Assembly (NCBI GenBank): GCA_002633005.1 | Contig: NMRA01000097.1 | Coordinates: 707,734-771,733 of the forward strand | Length of the DNA stretch: 64,000 nucleotides | Origin: Phoronis australis | Taxonomy: Eukaryota > Animalia > Phoronida | Direction of reading: 5' to 3' | Shown: positions 26,806-40,500 of the stretch, piece by piece | How the letters are laid out: the number at the start of each line of letters is the position of its first letter | Numbering within the stretch: position 1 is the first letter of the stretch | Notes under the pieces: model-generated | Seen by the model: only the letters and a program-made list of their open reading frames with translations | Told to the model about the DNA's origin: nothing | The model's database searches: none | Made by a program: the position numbers and the translations under genes

Positions 26806-29462
26806 GTTGTTAGCCAATGTGCACCATGGTCTTCCGTACTTAGCGCCAATCAGGCTTGAAGTACTGTCCTGTAAGTGAAAATGTCAGTCGCGAGACAACG
26901 ACGGTGTTATCCTTCGCAATCGAAGCCTTATATTTTCGCGAAACGCGTGTGTTTACTTCATCTCAAGTTAAACGAGCCAAAACTAGGTCAAACGTCCAAG
27001 AATGCTTGCTGGCACCATCTGGAAAACATTTCCAACAGCGGTGGATCAGCAACGACAGCCTGGAGTAAGCCATTGTCACATTCGGACCCGTGCGCAGTCA
27101 GCTAAGACACTCTACAATATAATTCCACAACTTTCGATTGCCTTGCGATTGTGGTTGATGCGTTGACCGTTTAACATACCGATGTAACTTTATTCCAGCA
27201 GTCGTAGTTTCCTAAACGTCTCAGTGAACTCAATTTTTTGTTGGTCGTTATACCAGATTTTTGTTGGTGAACACGATGGTGGACTGCTACAGTGTAGACG
27301 GTGTGTGAATGAAGGTGAGTACTTTTTTGCTGAAGTGGGCTTCCTTAATTCAAGCCCAGTAATCCTAAGTGAAAGGATGCGGACAACGACTATTGGGTCC
27401 TTCAGGTCTACTTTTGATCATGACGTTGACAGTCAGACGTCTTTGTCTTCAGCTTGTGAACAGGCATGATACAGCACGCGAATACTAAATATAGGCGTGA
27501 CGCTGTCGCTATCATGTTTTCTCAGCCGTTTTCCCCAGCACTGTGACAGTGTTGAATACTCGCACAATCCACCTCTCACCACAATGTAGGTAGTTATCGA
27601 ATCGGGTTGAATGGCATTTCTAGAACTTTGTATTTCATCGCTAATACCCCGTAACTCCAGAGGCCGGTGGTAATTAACAGTGCAAAGAGTGCGTCAGATT
27701 TGAATCGTGCTAGACTGGTAATAGAAGGGGTTTGTTTTCCCACTGCATGTTAATCGCATGCCAGATTTAGTTTGTGTTAGGTTGTACTGAGACCAGTAAT
27801 TTCACGTTGTTGCCAACACGGTATTCCGGCCGACAATGGGCTGTCGGTACAGTTACTTGTAGCTGAGGTGAAACGGTGACGATTATGGCACTTTTATGCA
27901 TGGACGTAGCCAGTGGAGAAATAGCGTTTTTGTCGAGTTCATCATTTCTGACCATTTTATTGCTCACTAAATGTGTACAGTTTTACAGTATGCTAATATT
28001 ATCACGGCTTGCTAACATGTTTTTACCACTGTTCCAATCCGTGGCCATTTTTCCACAAATATGTCAAATGATCTGAACCCAAACCGTCACGTGTTACGTT
28101 TTGAGAACAAGTGAATTCCACCTAAGTGTCGTGTCATCTTCCCAACAGGGGCAACACAAAATAGTTTGCTTTGAGCCGCACAGAATCCAAAATAAAGCAG
28201 ACAGACAACTAATGGAAAAAGAATTTTCATGGTTGGTTGCTGCGTATTACTAACTGTGAAAACGGTCATGCGCATAAAGTCACAAAGACAACATTTCGTG
28301 TTAACAATGTTTTAAGGGGTTCGACACAGTGATAATTCATCGTTGATTTTTTTAGTGCTTTGGTCATTCATCTTGGCCACTAGTATAATACAGACACTAA
28401 GAATGTAGGGTCACTGAAACGTCACTGCCAAAATGTGATTTACTTCCGGGTTACTGAAAACTTAAGCCACCTCTAATTAAATAAATGACCGAAATCTTTT
28501 GGAAAACGGATTATTATTCGTCGCAGGAAGTCAGTTTCATATTAACGGCTTTAATTCCTGGTTCACTAATTTCCTTACGTCGGCGTTAATCAGTGTTTTG
28601 TTTGGAGTTGAGTGCTCGGCTTCTTCAGTAAAAGTTGTACCGTTATTTTTATTTCAATGCCCAACGTGTATTAATTAAGGACCCCGTAGCCGTACCTCTA
28701 GTGTACCCATTCAATGTTCGATCCCATATAAAGTGAAAATTCCCAAAGGTAGACCTCAATAAAATAAACCTTAGGCCTCAATTTCAACGGCTGTCGGAAA
28801 TAGACGAAACTAACCGAAGTTTCCGTCACGAATGCTTTAGGCTGTTTAGTTGGCAAATGAGTGACCCAATCAAGTGAAATTCATAAAAAGTACCCACTTA
28901 ATGTCAAAATTAAACCCTAACCTCCACGCAATATGTGCTGAGGACTGAAAAAGGAACTTTTCTCGATACTTTTTTGTGAACGAATCGGTACCCACGTTTC
29001 TGGCGCTTGCCTCCACGGGGTTTGTCTCCAAACAGCCGAAGTCCACTTGCCTATAGAGTGGGAGTGGGTGCAAAAAGACCCGAATAGAAGCAATTCTGAC
29101 TTATATACCAAAGAGCCGAGGTGAACCTGTTGTCGAGGAGAGACTAGAAATGCAAATGAAGGTAAAAACGAGTGTCAGTTGGGTAAGGAGGGAGTAAAAT
29201 TGGAGAATACCCGGGGTTGTGAAGGTTGTGCTCTCATTTGTTTATTCTCACTAAAGCAAACCTATGCAGATTGCATAAGGTTGCGTTGTTGGGATTGGGA
29301 AATAAATTTCGCTGATGTACCAATTGTAAGGTTTCAAACTTTAATTGTATCTCACAAATGGCAAATTTGATTCAAACTAAAATTTCAGATACCGTGCTTG
29401 ATACACTGTTTTCCAAAATGCTTGAAGGATTTGTTTTTAAAATGTTTCACATTTGCATGAGG

Positions 29463-29532
29463 CATGGGCGGCGCACCATAGGGGAATGGGTGGCTTTAGC
29501 CTCCCACTTTTTTCAGTACTGCGCCGCCCATG
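29463..29532. mobile_element. 70-bp MITE CATGGGCGGCGCA...TGCGCCGCCCATG with 5-bp TSD (TGAGG)
   Basis: Perfect 13-bp TIR with tgagg on both flanks. Other copies at 37927-38073, 48032-48184, 48750-48817 and 50085-50144. Confidence 0.85.
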
Positions 29533-32500
29533 TGAGGGGCTATCAAAGGCTCTTATCAATTTTATGAAAAATATCCATACTTTTGTAGATATCTTGCAAA
29601 ATTCGACAAGGTCCTACACAAACTTGACACGACACGTTTCTTCCTTAATGAAGTCAAATGTACCGTTTGAATAATTTCACACTTAAAAAACCACATTTTT
29701 GTTTTTGTTTTTATTATTTAGTGTAACGTGGTTGGGAAATTTGATGACGAGCTATTAGTTAACGACTCCATAATACAACTTAACGCAAAATCAAGATTTG
29801 CTCAAATTGAATAAACTGTTAATTGAAATAAAAATAGTATTTTAATGTTATATAAAATAGTCAATGTCGTAAAACAATGAATGGTGTGCGACTTTTTAGC
29901 AGACTGCCACAACCCCTTGAAGCGTCTATCAACTCGCCTTCCCTTTTATTTACTAAGTGCATTTTTCGCCGGGTCCACGTTTGCGAAAATCTTCAAGAGT
30001 TGCGAAAGGTGAAAACTGAAACACTAGAATGCCTATTTTGTGTATTTTTAGTAAAAAACGAAGAGTTAGCGGTGGAAGAATGACGTAATGTTGGTGGCGG
30101 GATACAGTGACCTCTTTCGGATGTAGGGGTTGGAACTACTTGCAGAAAGCTACGGCCCATTTGCGACATCTGTTTGATTTTTTCAGTGGCACAGGTTTAC
30201 TAGGGGGACGACGATGTTGTCTAGAGGGTGGCACAACCTAGAAGGTGTCACAACATCGGCAGATGTCCTTGTCGGTGAAAAGTTGGCGGCGACCGATAGG
30301 GGTCGGTTCGAAATCGGTTGTGACGGGGAGGGAGGGCCGTGAAACATAAGTCGGAGGCAAGACACGGGATGAACACGATCGTGGAGGACGGCAAAGCAGC
30401 ACCGTTGGGAAACGGGAGAGTGGTGGGCGGGTGCCATGGTTACCGTCAATCCTCGGTGGCGATATCATTCTTAGTTATGTCACCTAGTCTGTTTCATGTT
30501 GTACTTTAGTGACCATCCGGAATTCAGACTCCAGTATTTAAAGGAGTGGCTGTCGTTTCACCTCGTTTCTTTTAAAAGAGCAACAACTCCATGCGTTTTG
30601 ATCCAGGCCACTTGTCTTATATAATCGATTTTTGTTCCTTATTCAGAAAAGAAATGATTTCTAGCCCTGAGAAGAACATGTATCTCGTTATTAGTTCATG
30701 ATAGACGCATGAAGTTTGCGAGCCACGCCTGGTTAGTTTCAGCCATCGACTAAGCAGGATGACTGCCAGGGGCAATTCAAGAAGTTTTATAGCACCCATT
30801 TTTAATTCAAGATAAGGATGTGTGTCAGCACTATGACGTTGATTTGGAAGTGAAAATACACTTGGGCGTGAAGAAAGGCGTTTTGACACCGGCACATGGG
30901 TAATGGCGGCTCCAAAATGAGTTTTCACAGTCCGCTTCACTGAGTCCACATTCAATGGTGGATCTAGGATATCACAAGGCGGGGACCGACTGCAAGTGTC
31001 GAAGAAAGGTATCGAGCAGCTCTGCAAGCCGCATGTCGGTGACGGTTTTGTTTTCGCTAAAATATTCTTGAACCCACAAAAGCGACGAGGTGAACCTCAA
31101 GTTAACACCCAGTTCAAACAACATACAATGTACACGTTGCTTGATTACGTTCAACGCTGTAAAAACAGACCAGACGCAAATGCGCATATTGAACTCAGTA
31201 CGACCGACAGTGCGAAGGCAAATGCGCCATCTTAAAAATAATCGTTATTTTCAAGCGGAGACTTCTTGAGACGGCGTTTAGTGTTAATTTAAGTTCCTTT
31301 CAGCATCCTAACCGCTTAGAACAACACAAGTAGTTCATTTATTCGCCTAATACACGTGTTTAATTGGCAGTACAATGCAGATGGTACGGGGGTCCGATTA
31401 CAATAGATGAACACGGTGTCATAGCTATCACTCGCCCTTGAAATGTCTCGTAGAACAATGACCTTCTGTTGAGTCGTTTAACAACTTCGTCTGACCGCAT
31501 AATTTAATTAGTTACGCTGCCGTAATTAATAGAATTTCATCTGCTACGTCTTAATTTTATTAACTCTGACCCAAGGCAAAAAGCCACAGAAATCGACTCT
31601 TCTCTAGTAACACAGCGTGTCTACGTTAATATTCACTCCTGTTTTATCGCATTCGTTTCCATTGTTTATGATACGAATCGAATGCACGTTGCACCAAATC
31701 ACAAATGCGATAGTTCTGGATAATTACGGGTAGTGAATAAATATACGAAGATTATTCCCGCCGCACTGGTTACCAATGTTGGTTCATACTAGCCTCATCT
31801 ATGTACAACTGTTGATGGTGACTGTGAAGTGCAATATATTAGAGCCACAAAATAAGACATTTTGGTTTCGGTTGCGTGGAACAGTCCCAAATTGGAATTC
31901 AACTACATGTAAGTTCATTAAATCGTTTGCCTATTCGTGTCGGTGCTTTCTCATAGATGTAATCTTTTTCTATCATTTTTCTTCATTTTGACCTCCCTTT
32001 TCACTAACTGAGTTTTCTAATAGAATAACTGAAATTTGAGCCATGAATTCAGTGAAATTAAATAGGGATTTACTCTATAAATTAGGGTCTTTGTGTGAAA
32101 AAATCCCTTTTTATTTTCAATAAGATTGAGAATTCAATGTAGAATTCACTCTCACTCTTGGTTTGTGTCAAAGCCAATAATTGACAGAGCAATGAAACTA
32201 GAACAATATAAGAAAGGGCAATCAGTGTTTTGACGAGGCCACAAATACGCAATAGATTTAGGGAACTTAGTTAAGTCCCAACTTGAGACTGTATCATGCT
32301 ACCGGGCAATGATCACTGAAGTTCATGGCTTCAGATAAATGTGTCGATTCGTTCTTTGAGGAGTCATTTGAGTAAGTGTTCAAATATTCCGTTGTATTTC
32401 GTAACATGTTTTTAGTACCAGCAGTAGAATTAAGGAGGATATTAAGTCTGAATTTGGACTTTAACTCATTTCAAAATTTTGATTTTTCATTTGCATTTTT

Positions 32501-34586
32501 GAGAAAATTGAAATTGATTAAAAAATTCTAACGTTGTTATTTTGATCCCATCTCTGAAAATCATTTACCAAATATTATACCACAGCATATCGGTCAGCAC
32601 ACTTGAATTGTAGCTGACTGTAGGAAACCCAGGATAGCCCAAAAGCACCACAAACATTATTTCGTGGTCATGTTTTGGCTCTTTCACTTCACCATAACAA
32701 ACTTTCGGAATTAGTTTTACTTTGTTTAAAGTTTAGTATTTCTATACCAGCACATCGGATTTTTGAGCAAATTTTACGCCGCGAAGCTGTCGTCATCTCC
32801 CGAAAGATGTCGCAAGATATCAGCAAATGACGCATGCGCGTGTCAACTGATTTCACGTTCGCGACAGCCTTTTGTTGATAACAAAAGCTGGAGAATAACC
32901 CAAGAGAATGGCGTTAATTAGATTGTTTTTAGCTCTTAAATGGCTTTAAACGGGTAAGGTTAGCCACGGTTAAACCAAATTTATTTAAAGTCCGTGCACG
33001 ACTATTAAATCCATGGTACTTTGTCTATGATCATACACTTGCCAAATCTCAAAACAAAAGTATAAAAACAGTAACTAAACTGCGATGGCTTTGTACTTGT
33101 ATTTGTTTTAGGTGACGAACAACGTTTAGAAATCGGTGACGGGTTTTTTAAAGGATTAAGAAACAATGAACTTTTTTGAGAATCAACAAAATTTAAAAAG
33201 AAACTTGAATGACTCAGAACGTTTATCCTTGCTTTTTAAATTTTGAGTCATGCCTTACCCACTGTATAATGAGATTTTATGCAATTTTATTTGAATGAGG
33301 AACATGGAAAAATGACCAGCATTTCTATATGACCTTCATTAACCACTGCGTCAGAGTTTCAATGATTTAAGTATTACTTATAACATCCTGTCTGAACGTT
33401 TGGTTCTACAAAACACGCGCTGATTAATTTTTGAGTGGTTCATTCAATAGAAGGGTTAACAAAATCCTAACTACATGTACATTCTGGATAAATAACAACA
33501 AAATTCCAAAGATTCCAATGCTTTGTCTAATTTGTGCTTAGCTTGCCATACCTTAACCCCCCCCCCAAAAAAAAACGATCTTGTCTACGTGTGTGTTTAG
33601 TCAAAGGTGTAGTGAGCTTTGATTAGTTGATTTGTGCATTACCTTGGGACATCCTGCTTCACAAGGGAATGTTAAATGGTGCCATTAAATTTTTCAACGG
33701 TCATAAAAATCGAGTGTTGAAGTATATTTTCTGTCAGAACAATATGTTATGGATGTATATGTGTACACATGTATTTGTGTGTGTGGGTGTTAATTTTAGC
33801 TTGATAAATCGTTTCATTATTGTTTTATCATATAGCAGTTGGCCTCCGATGTAGCGCACAGCAAAAGTTTAATGCCGTGCTTTCTTTCAAAAAGTCAGGA
33901 TTTAGGTCGCTCACGTGTACCGTTGCAAAATTATAAAAAAAATAATTGCAGGCGGTCTGATACACGTGACCAGGCGTGCGCAGACTGCGCATGTGTGGAC
34001 CCGTTGCAAAATTGGCCTTATCTTGTTTCTTTAGTTTTAACAGTGAACTTTTGACCCGGGAACTACTGGTAGTTCATTATTTCTTCAGATCAAGCTCATG
34101 CAATTTGGGGGCTTGACCTGAATATTTATGAGCTTGATCCCAACCAATTACAACGCTCAGTTGTTTGGAAACCCGGAAATCACCTCCTCTAATTTGTCTA
34201 AGGAAATTTTTAGATCAATTTTATTATGGTATGTAAGTAGCCCAAACCAAAACTTCTTTTGATAGAAAGCACGGTTAGAAGACGTTTGATGTTGTTGTCT
34301 CTGAAAAGGCTCGTGTGACCGTGCTGGTAAAACCTGTGGTGTGTCTCAACCTCCGAGATTTCAAATGCGCACAGTGTGGAGACACATGTGAGAGTGAACA
34401 GTATGAGGGCCACTGTTCCCGTTCCGCCCCCTCACCCAGGGATTGGATGACCGATCAACCACTGTATCTCAAAACAGAGATCACGTCTGTAATCTTTACA
34501 CCTTACCAGCACTGACCACTTAGGTTTACTTACAGAACTACACGCCGTAATAAAATGCCAGGACGACCAACAAACTCTTCTGAAAG

Positions 34587-37500
34587 ATGATGTTTTTCTT
34601 GGAAATTCCAGCATTGCTTATGGGTATGTTCTGCTTACCTGCATGTATTTGAAATAAAGAGCAACGTTAAGTACGTTTTGATAAATGCTGCAAAATTAAG
34701 TTAGAGTACATTGTAGAATATCTGTAATCTTTCACCTTTCTCAACTTTGTCGATATGCATGAATTATATGCATGAATTGGAACGTATAAAAATAGTGTGG
34801 CAGTTTAACGCAGGAAGCAAAACTCCTAAAATGTTAACCGTTCCGAGTAAAATGTTTTCTTTGGCTTCTCTGTTCTGACGTCACTGATATTCAGTCATAG
34901 TCTGATACAGTTGCCTGAGAAACAGGTAATACAACACACGTATCTAAAGTATTTAAATTAATATCATTTTTATGAAAACGACTTATAGCTGAAGGACTCA
35001 GAAAAGTGTGCTAATTGACCAAAACTGTATTCACAGAAGGTACCTGTAGCCCGTCTTCTTTCAGTTGTTAAAGTGCAAATGCGCAGGGAAACATTTTCTA
35101 GGTTGATAAATTTGTAAGCGTGTGTACCTTCAACAACAGATCGTTCGTTGTTTTACCGGACGATCGTCCAAAACGGACATAGATCTAGATGGAGTACAGC
35201 TCGGCTTCGTTATTCAAATAGGCACGTTTCTGTAAATTTAGTGCAGTTAAAACGCACAAGAAATCGGAATACATTTGAGTTTTCTAGCACCAATAGTGTT
35301 TTTTTCCGCTTTTGTCTCATGTGGACGCCCGGGCGACATGAGTGGAAATGGGTATTCCACACTAAGTCAGTCACTATTACGCTATAACCTAAGTTGTGCA
35401 GCTTTGAAGACGATCAGGGCCGGTGTCTTATATTTGTACTCGAAAATGTTTCCGCATTTCCCGTTCTATTTTTGAGGACATTCCCAATAAGTGCTCGAGT
35501 AACACTGACGAGTTTCATTCCAAGTTCGCACGTAATGACCCCTAAATTCGAGCTACAAACTCGAACGAAAATTTAAGATTTCTTGTTCAGCCTCGAACTT
35601 ATAGTTTTAATGGTGGAGTCGTCAAGTGCAAACTTGGATTGAAAACTCATTACAGTAAACGAAAATGTACTCGAGCGCGGAAAAAAGGAAAACGGAAAAT
35701 GCAACGCGCAATTTCGAGTTGGATTAGACACCGGGCCCAAGGAACAGAAGTATCCGTAGTCATGTAATAAATCAAAATTGCTTTACTTATAATTAAAAGC
35801 ACACAAACTATGTTCAAGATATAGCAGTTGAAGAGATCCTACTAGTAACCTCTTAGGCGACTTCTTCTGTTCTGTTTCTTTAGACTCTTTTCTTGTTAGG
35901 TGCATACCTACCCGGAAGGCAAGGAAACCATTTGGAACCCTGTTGTTGCACTTATTGAAGGTCGGATGGTATATTGACCATTTCATTTCATTTCCTTTCA
36001 GGCGTGGCCGTTTGTTTTACACAATTATCTAGATGTGAGAAAAGCCCGCATGGACGAGCCGAAGAACGCATGCCATTAAATGCGCACAATGCTCCGTCGA
36101 ATAATACTCTCAAGAGGACTGAACAACAAGTGAAAAAATTTCCGAATATCTATCGGACTCAAATTGATAGAAAAGGACAATCTAGTCATAATGATGAGCG
36201 ACCAACCTTTGCGTCCCCAGATGTTCGCGACAGCACGACAGAAAATGATGAACATGGATCTATAGTCATGGCGACATCAAAAACCGACGTTGACAATCCG
36301 ATGCCAATAAATCGAAATTTAAGTAGCGGTAACTACAACTCAGCAAAGATCCCTAGCTCCTTTACTGCCAGTATTGGAGTCGTTTTCTCTGCTAGGCATT
36401 CCACCGTAAATAATTCAGTGATGAAAGCAAAAATTCAACCCAGTGAAGTGACGAGCTTAAATTCTGAAAGCATGATACATGTGCAATACCCGTTGCTTTC
36501 AAAACCCGTTCATGTCCACGACAGAAAAGCATTATTTCCGTCCAGTGAGTATACAAATTCTAATTTCCATAGTACGGTGTCTGCGACAAGCGATTTCCAA
36601 GGGCCTTCTTTTCAGAATTCCCAAACACTACATTTTTTATCCAGAGGTAGGGTAATCGAGCCGAGCTCTACGTCGTCACTCTCACAGCGGACACTAAAAA
36701 GGCGCGTATTCCCGAGCGTAGCTCCTTCCACGACGTTAAAAATAGCTCAGAATGACACAGGTAGCAAACATATGACAGGCAAAGCAAGTGTGTTACACGA
36801 TATTTTCCAATCTTCTTCACAAGCTCAATATTCATCGACCAACATCTCTGAGCATATCATGTCACCACCAACAGACGTATTAGGCACGTATACGATTGAG
36901 CATTCTAAGTTATTGAATTCAACCGCGTCGACGTCAATTCACCCCTCCGTTAAAAAAGATTTCTCTCTAACTTGGGAGGAACATTCTGTATTGTATCCTA
37001 AGAGACAGCCTATACCGTCCGGATCGCGTATCCATGGGAGAGTATTCCCAAAACATTCTGGGACCTCTGTTGTACCTACGCCAACAACATCACACGTCAT
37101 TCCAAATTTGACCTCACTTCCAATAATTTCATCAACAAGGATTACTATCGAAACACCAATTAAAGGTACATCTACGTCGAAAGTGGCTCCTTTTTCATCA
37201 ACTAGAGTCAATTTTCATGTAACAACCTCATTCTCTGCAATACTCTTGGACTCTCTTTTTTCTTCGCCGACTGCAGCATCGTCATCGGCAGCTAACGAAG
37301 GTAAGGCCTCGGCCACGCAAGAAGTGTCCCAGTCGTCTTCGTCCCAGTATCTGTCAACCTCACGTGGTCGTAGAATGACAGTGACATCAACAGCCTCTGC
37401 ATCAACCACAGTAACTTCCTCATACAGGGATACACTTCAAAGAAATGAAGCATCGCTGCCAACTGACATTTCCATCGCACATTCATGTACCGATACTTCA

Positions 37501-40500
37501 CACGTGACATCGATAGCCAAGATAGATTTTGCAACTGCATCATTGTCTAATCTTTCTTCGAGTAGAACACCAGATGTGACCACCATATATCATACGTTAA
37601 CAACAGCTGGCTTGCTAAAAGGCGGAACGACCACGACGGGACCAAATAAGCAAATTCCAAAAACACCACCAAAGGTATGGGTTTGTCGCTTGTTTGTGAG
37701 TGTCATTCGTTTCTGCTGTGAAAGTAACAGTAGAAGTTGTGGTAACGGCGGCGGTATTGAGTTTGGTGGCGCTAGTAGTATTGGTGATGGTGGGGTGATT
37801 GTTGTGATAGTGGTAATGGTAGTGGCTGTGTTTTCCATGCCAAGAATTGTATGATGATACTTGGCTTACCTCAAAATCCAACTGCTGCCGGGGGTTTGGT
37901 AATTGGCCCAATCATGTTGCATACCCCATGGGCGGCGCAACATAGGGCGCTGGGGAGGCTATAGCCCCCCACTTTTTTCAGTGCTACGCCGCACGTGGTC
38001 TATAGGCGGTGCACACAGGGGGGCTGAGGGGACTTTAGCCTCCCCCACTTTTTTCAGAGCTGCGCCACCCATGCACCCAGCGGAATTATAGAGAAACATA
38101 TTATTGCGACATTAAACGCTTTAGGCTGTGAAAGTCACATTTCTTGTCCAATTTTCAAAATAACCTAATCACATATGCTTTTTACGAACTATTCAAATAT
38201 GCTATTTACAAACTTTCAAAACGAAAATTATTTGAAAATACTAGTGTCGTCCCAAATGTGTTGATGGAGGGTCTTATTATTATCGTTATTATTATCATTA
38301 TCATTATTATTATTATTGTCTAAGTAAGTGATTCTCACAGTCACTCCATTAACCCTAAAATATAGATTACTTATATGTTTCAGAACCTGCCGGTGGAATT
38401 CGAAAAGACAACGCCTTACTCTTCGCAGCAGATGAAGACAACGCGCGTGCCAATTATTCTTCCAGATGGATTTCCGCCAGTATACCTAGTCATAATGTTA
38501 AAGATCCCAATGTCTTCATTTTGCGACAGACGTAAAGAATTCCAGCTGATTATTGCAAAACTTGCAGAACGATCAGTTCCGGATAGCGTACATGTCCAAC
38601 CTGAGCAGGTTAAAATTGCAAACACTGGCGACTGCGATCGCCGTGATCGGTCCAGCAGAGTCTTCATACGTATTCAAGAACAGAACACAGTGTTGCAACC
38701 TGTGCACGTGCGATGGCAGAAAACGCGCGGAAGAAGCAGACGAGAGTCGTCAACAACGGACGTTTTTCTTTATGTTGTCAACACGGAAGGCAATTTCGAC
38801 CTGGAATTGACCAGGAGTGTTTTTCGCGAAATGAACAGTTCATTGAACCCATTACAAGATTCAACGTTTTCGGACAAGGTGAGGCTACAATAGATTCTAT
38901 TAGTACACTTGTATTTGTTAAAGATGGTGAATCCACGATATTCATGTAAAAGCAAACTTGTGTTTACAATTTTTACAACTAAATATAAAAATGTACGCTT
39001 AATTTCGATTTTGTGTTCTTACTTGTAGTTGTCTTAGGTTTTGCCAGTACTGCAGAAGACTAATGTTGGTAGCTCATGTCGCACATGCATAATATTGCAA
39101 TCAAAAAGATGTTGCAATGCCGTCAGTTAACGACGAATAAAAATATAATAGTAAAACTAATAAAACTAAAATGACGAGCGTCAGTACTAAAATATATTAA
39201 AATATCCCCACGTCGATCGATACGCGGGGATAGTTTAATGTATTTTAGTACCGACGCTCGTCATTTTAGTTTTATTAGTTTTACTATTCTACATAATATT
39301 GCAAGCTTCCAAAGATTTGACACTGGCAGATCTTACAAATATTATTCACCCTTGCTTGTGCCACTTTGTCGCTAGGCTCAGTTTTGCAGGTCCTGTCTGT
39401 TTCACTGGTAGACAACCGCCCAGCCACCACCAGTCATGAATTTGTGGCTAAGGCAACGCGAACGACGCCCCTCAATCCCGGAGTCATCGCTGCTGTAGTG
39501 CTAGTCCCCGTCGCCGTGTTGTGTCTCTTGGCATTCGGAATTGTGAGGGTAGGTGCAGCAAAGAATGGTTGTGTAAATGGTTCCAGTGCATACTTAAACT
39601 TCTTGGTACAGGATAACCGTACACCGGCCTGTGTGTCATTTAAAAATTTGCGCAATGATTACTTAAGTAAGGGCACAAGTATTACGTAAGTTGCAAGACT
39701 TGTAGCAGGTTTGGATCCAGCTATGAGGGAGGGGGACAGAGCAGAGTATTAGCCAGGATTTTGCCCGACATTCGCACCCCCAACTGTCAAGTGGAATCTG
39801 AGAGAATTTTAGGGGGGGCATGGCCCCCTTGTCCCCACTCCACCCCCCTCCCCCTTAAATCCGCCACTGTGTAGTGCATCGTTTAGGCCTAAGATGTATC
39901 CATAAGGCATAAATTATCTTAACTTTCCTCGTTAGCAGTTCTACTAGGTTTGACACGTACGCCAAGGTCCAATCATTCCAACACGTGACTGTTCGACTCA
40001 AACATCAATGACTCATTTCAGGTCATTTTGTCCCGTCGACGTGGGAAAGCCATGCGCTCTTATTTCACCGGAAGCAGAGAGCCGTCATTTGATTCTCGGA
40101 GCACCAACGATTTTCCTTTGGAAACCTTTCCTGGTTTTAGAAGGTCGAAACGAAACCGGAAGTCCAAGAGGTCAACAGGCTTTGTTAATACAGCGCTGCA
40201 GACTGAAGAGGTGCGCACTAGTTCATACTGCACGACCTGTAAAATCCTGTATGTTAAAAGGATACTACCTCAGTTTGTTTAGGCGATTTCAACCAATCCT
40301 CACTCTGTCCCCTGCAACTGTACCATTGGTGCCTCACCTGAGTGTTGAAGAACACTGTTAATATATGTTAATAGTCGAAAACCGGGCTTAGTATTATTTC
40401 AGAGGGGCAGTGATTTCGCGCCTTTTGTCACAACATGATGTAGGAAACTCACCGATATAGTATCGGTATCATCACGTTCCTAAAGCTATGAGAAATATCC

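Noticed and set aside
26960-27320. Two small + strand exon-like segments with GTAAGC and GTGAGT donors
   Set aside because: No coherent extended reading frame or recognisable product could be built from them.
30060-30470. GC-rich block with overlapping minus-strand ORFs
   Set aside because: No recognisable domain or consistent splice sites; may be regulatory or a repeat, but I cannot support a call.
37675-37854. Hydrophobic C-terminus of the 626-aa ORF as a TM anchor of a stand-alone mucin
   Set aside because: It lies past a good donor (AAG|GTATGG at 37674) in (GGT/GTA)-like low-complexity intron sequence; the true TM is in exon 39390-39548.
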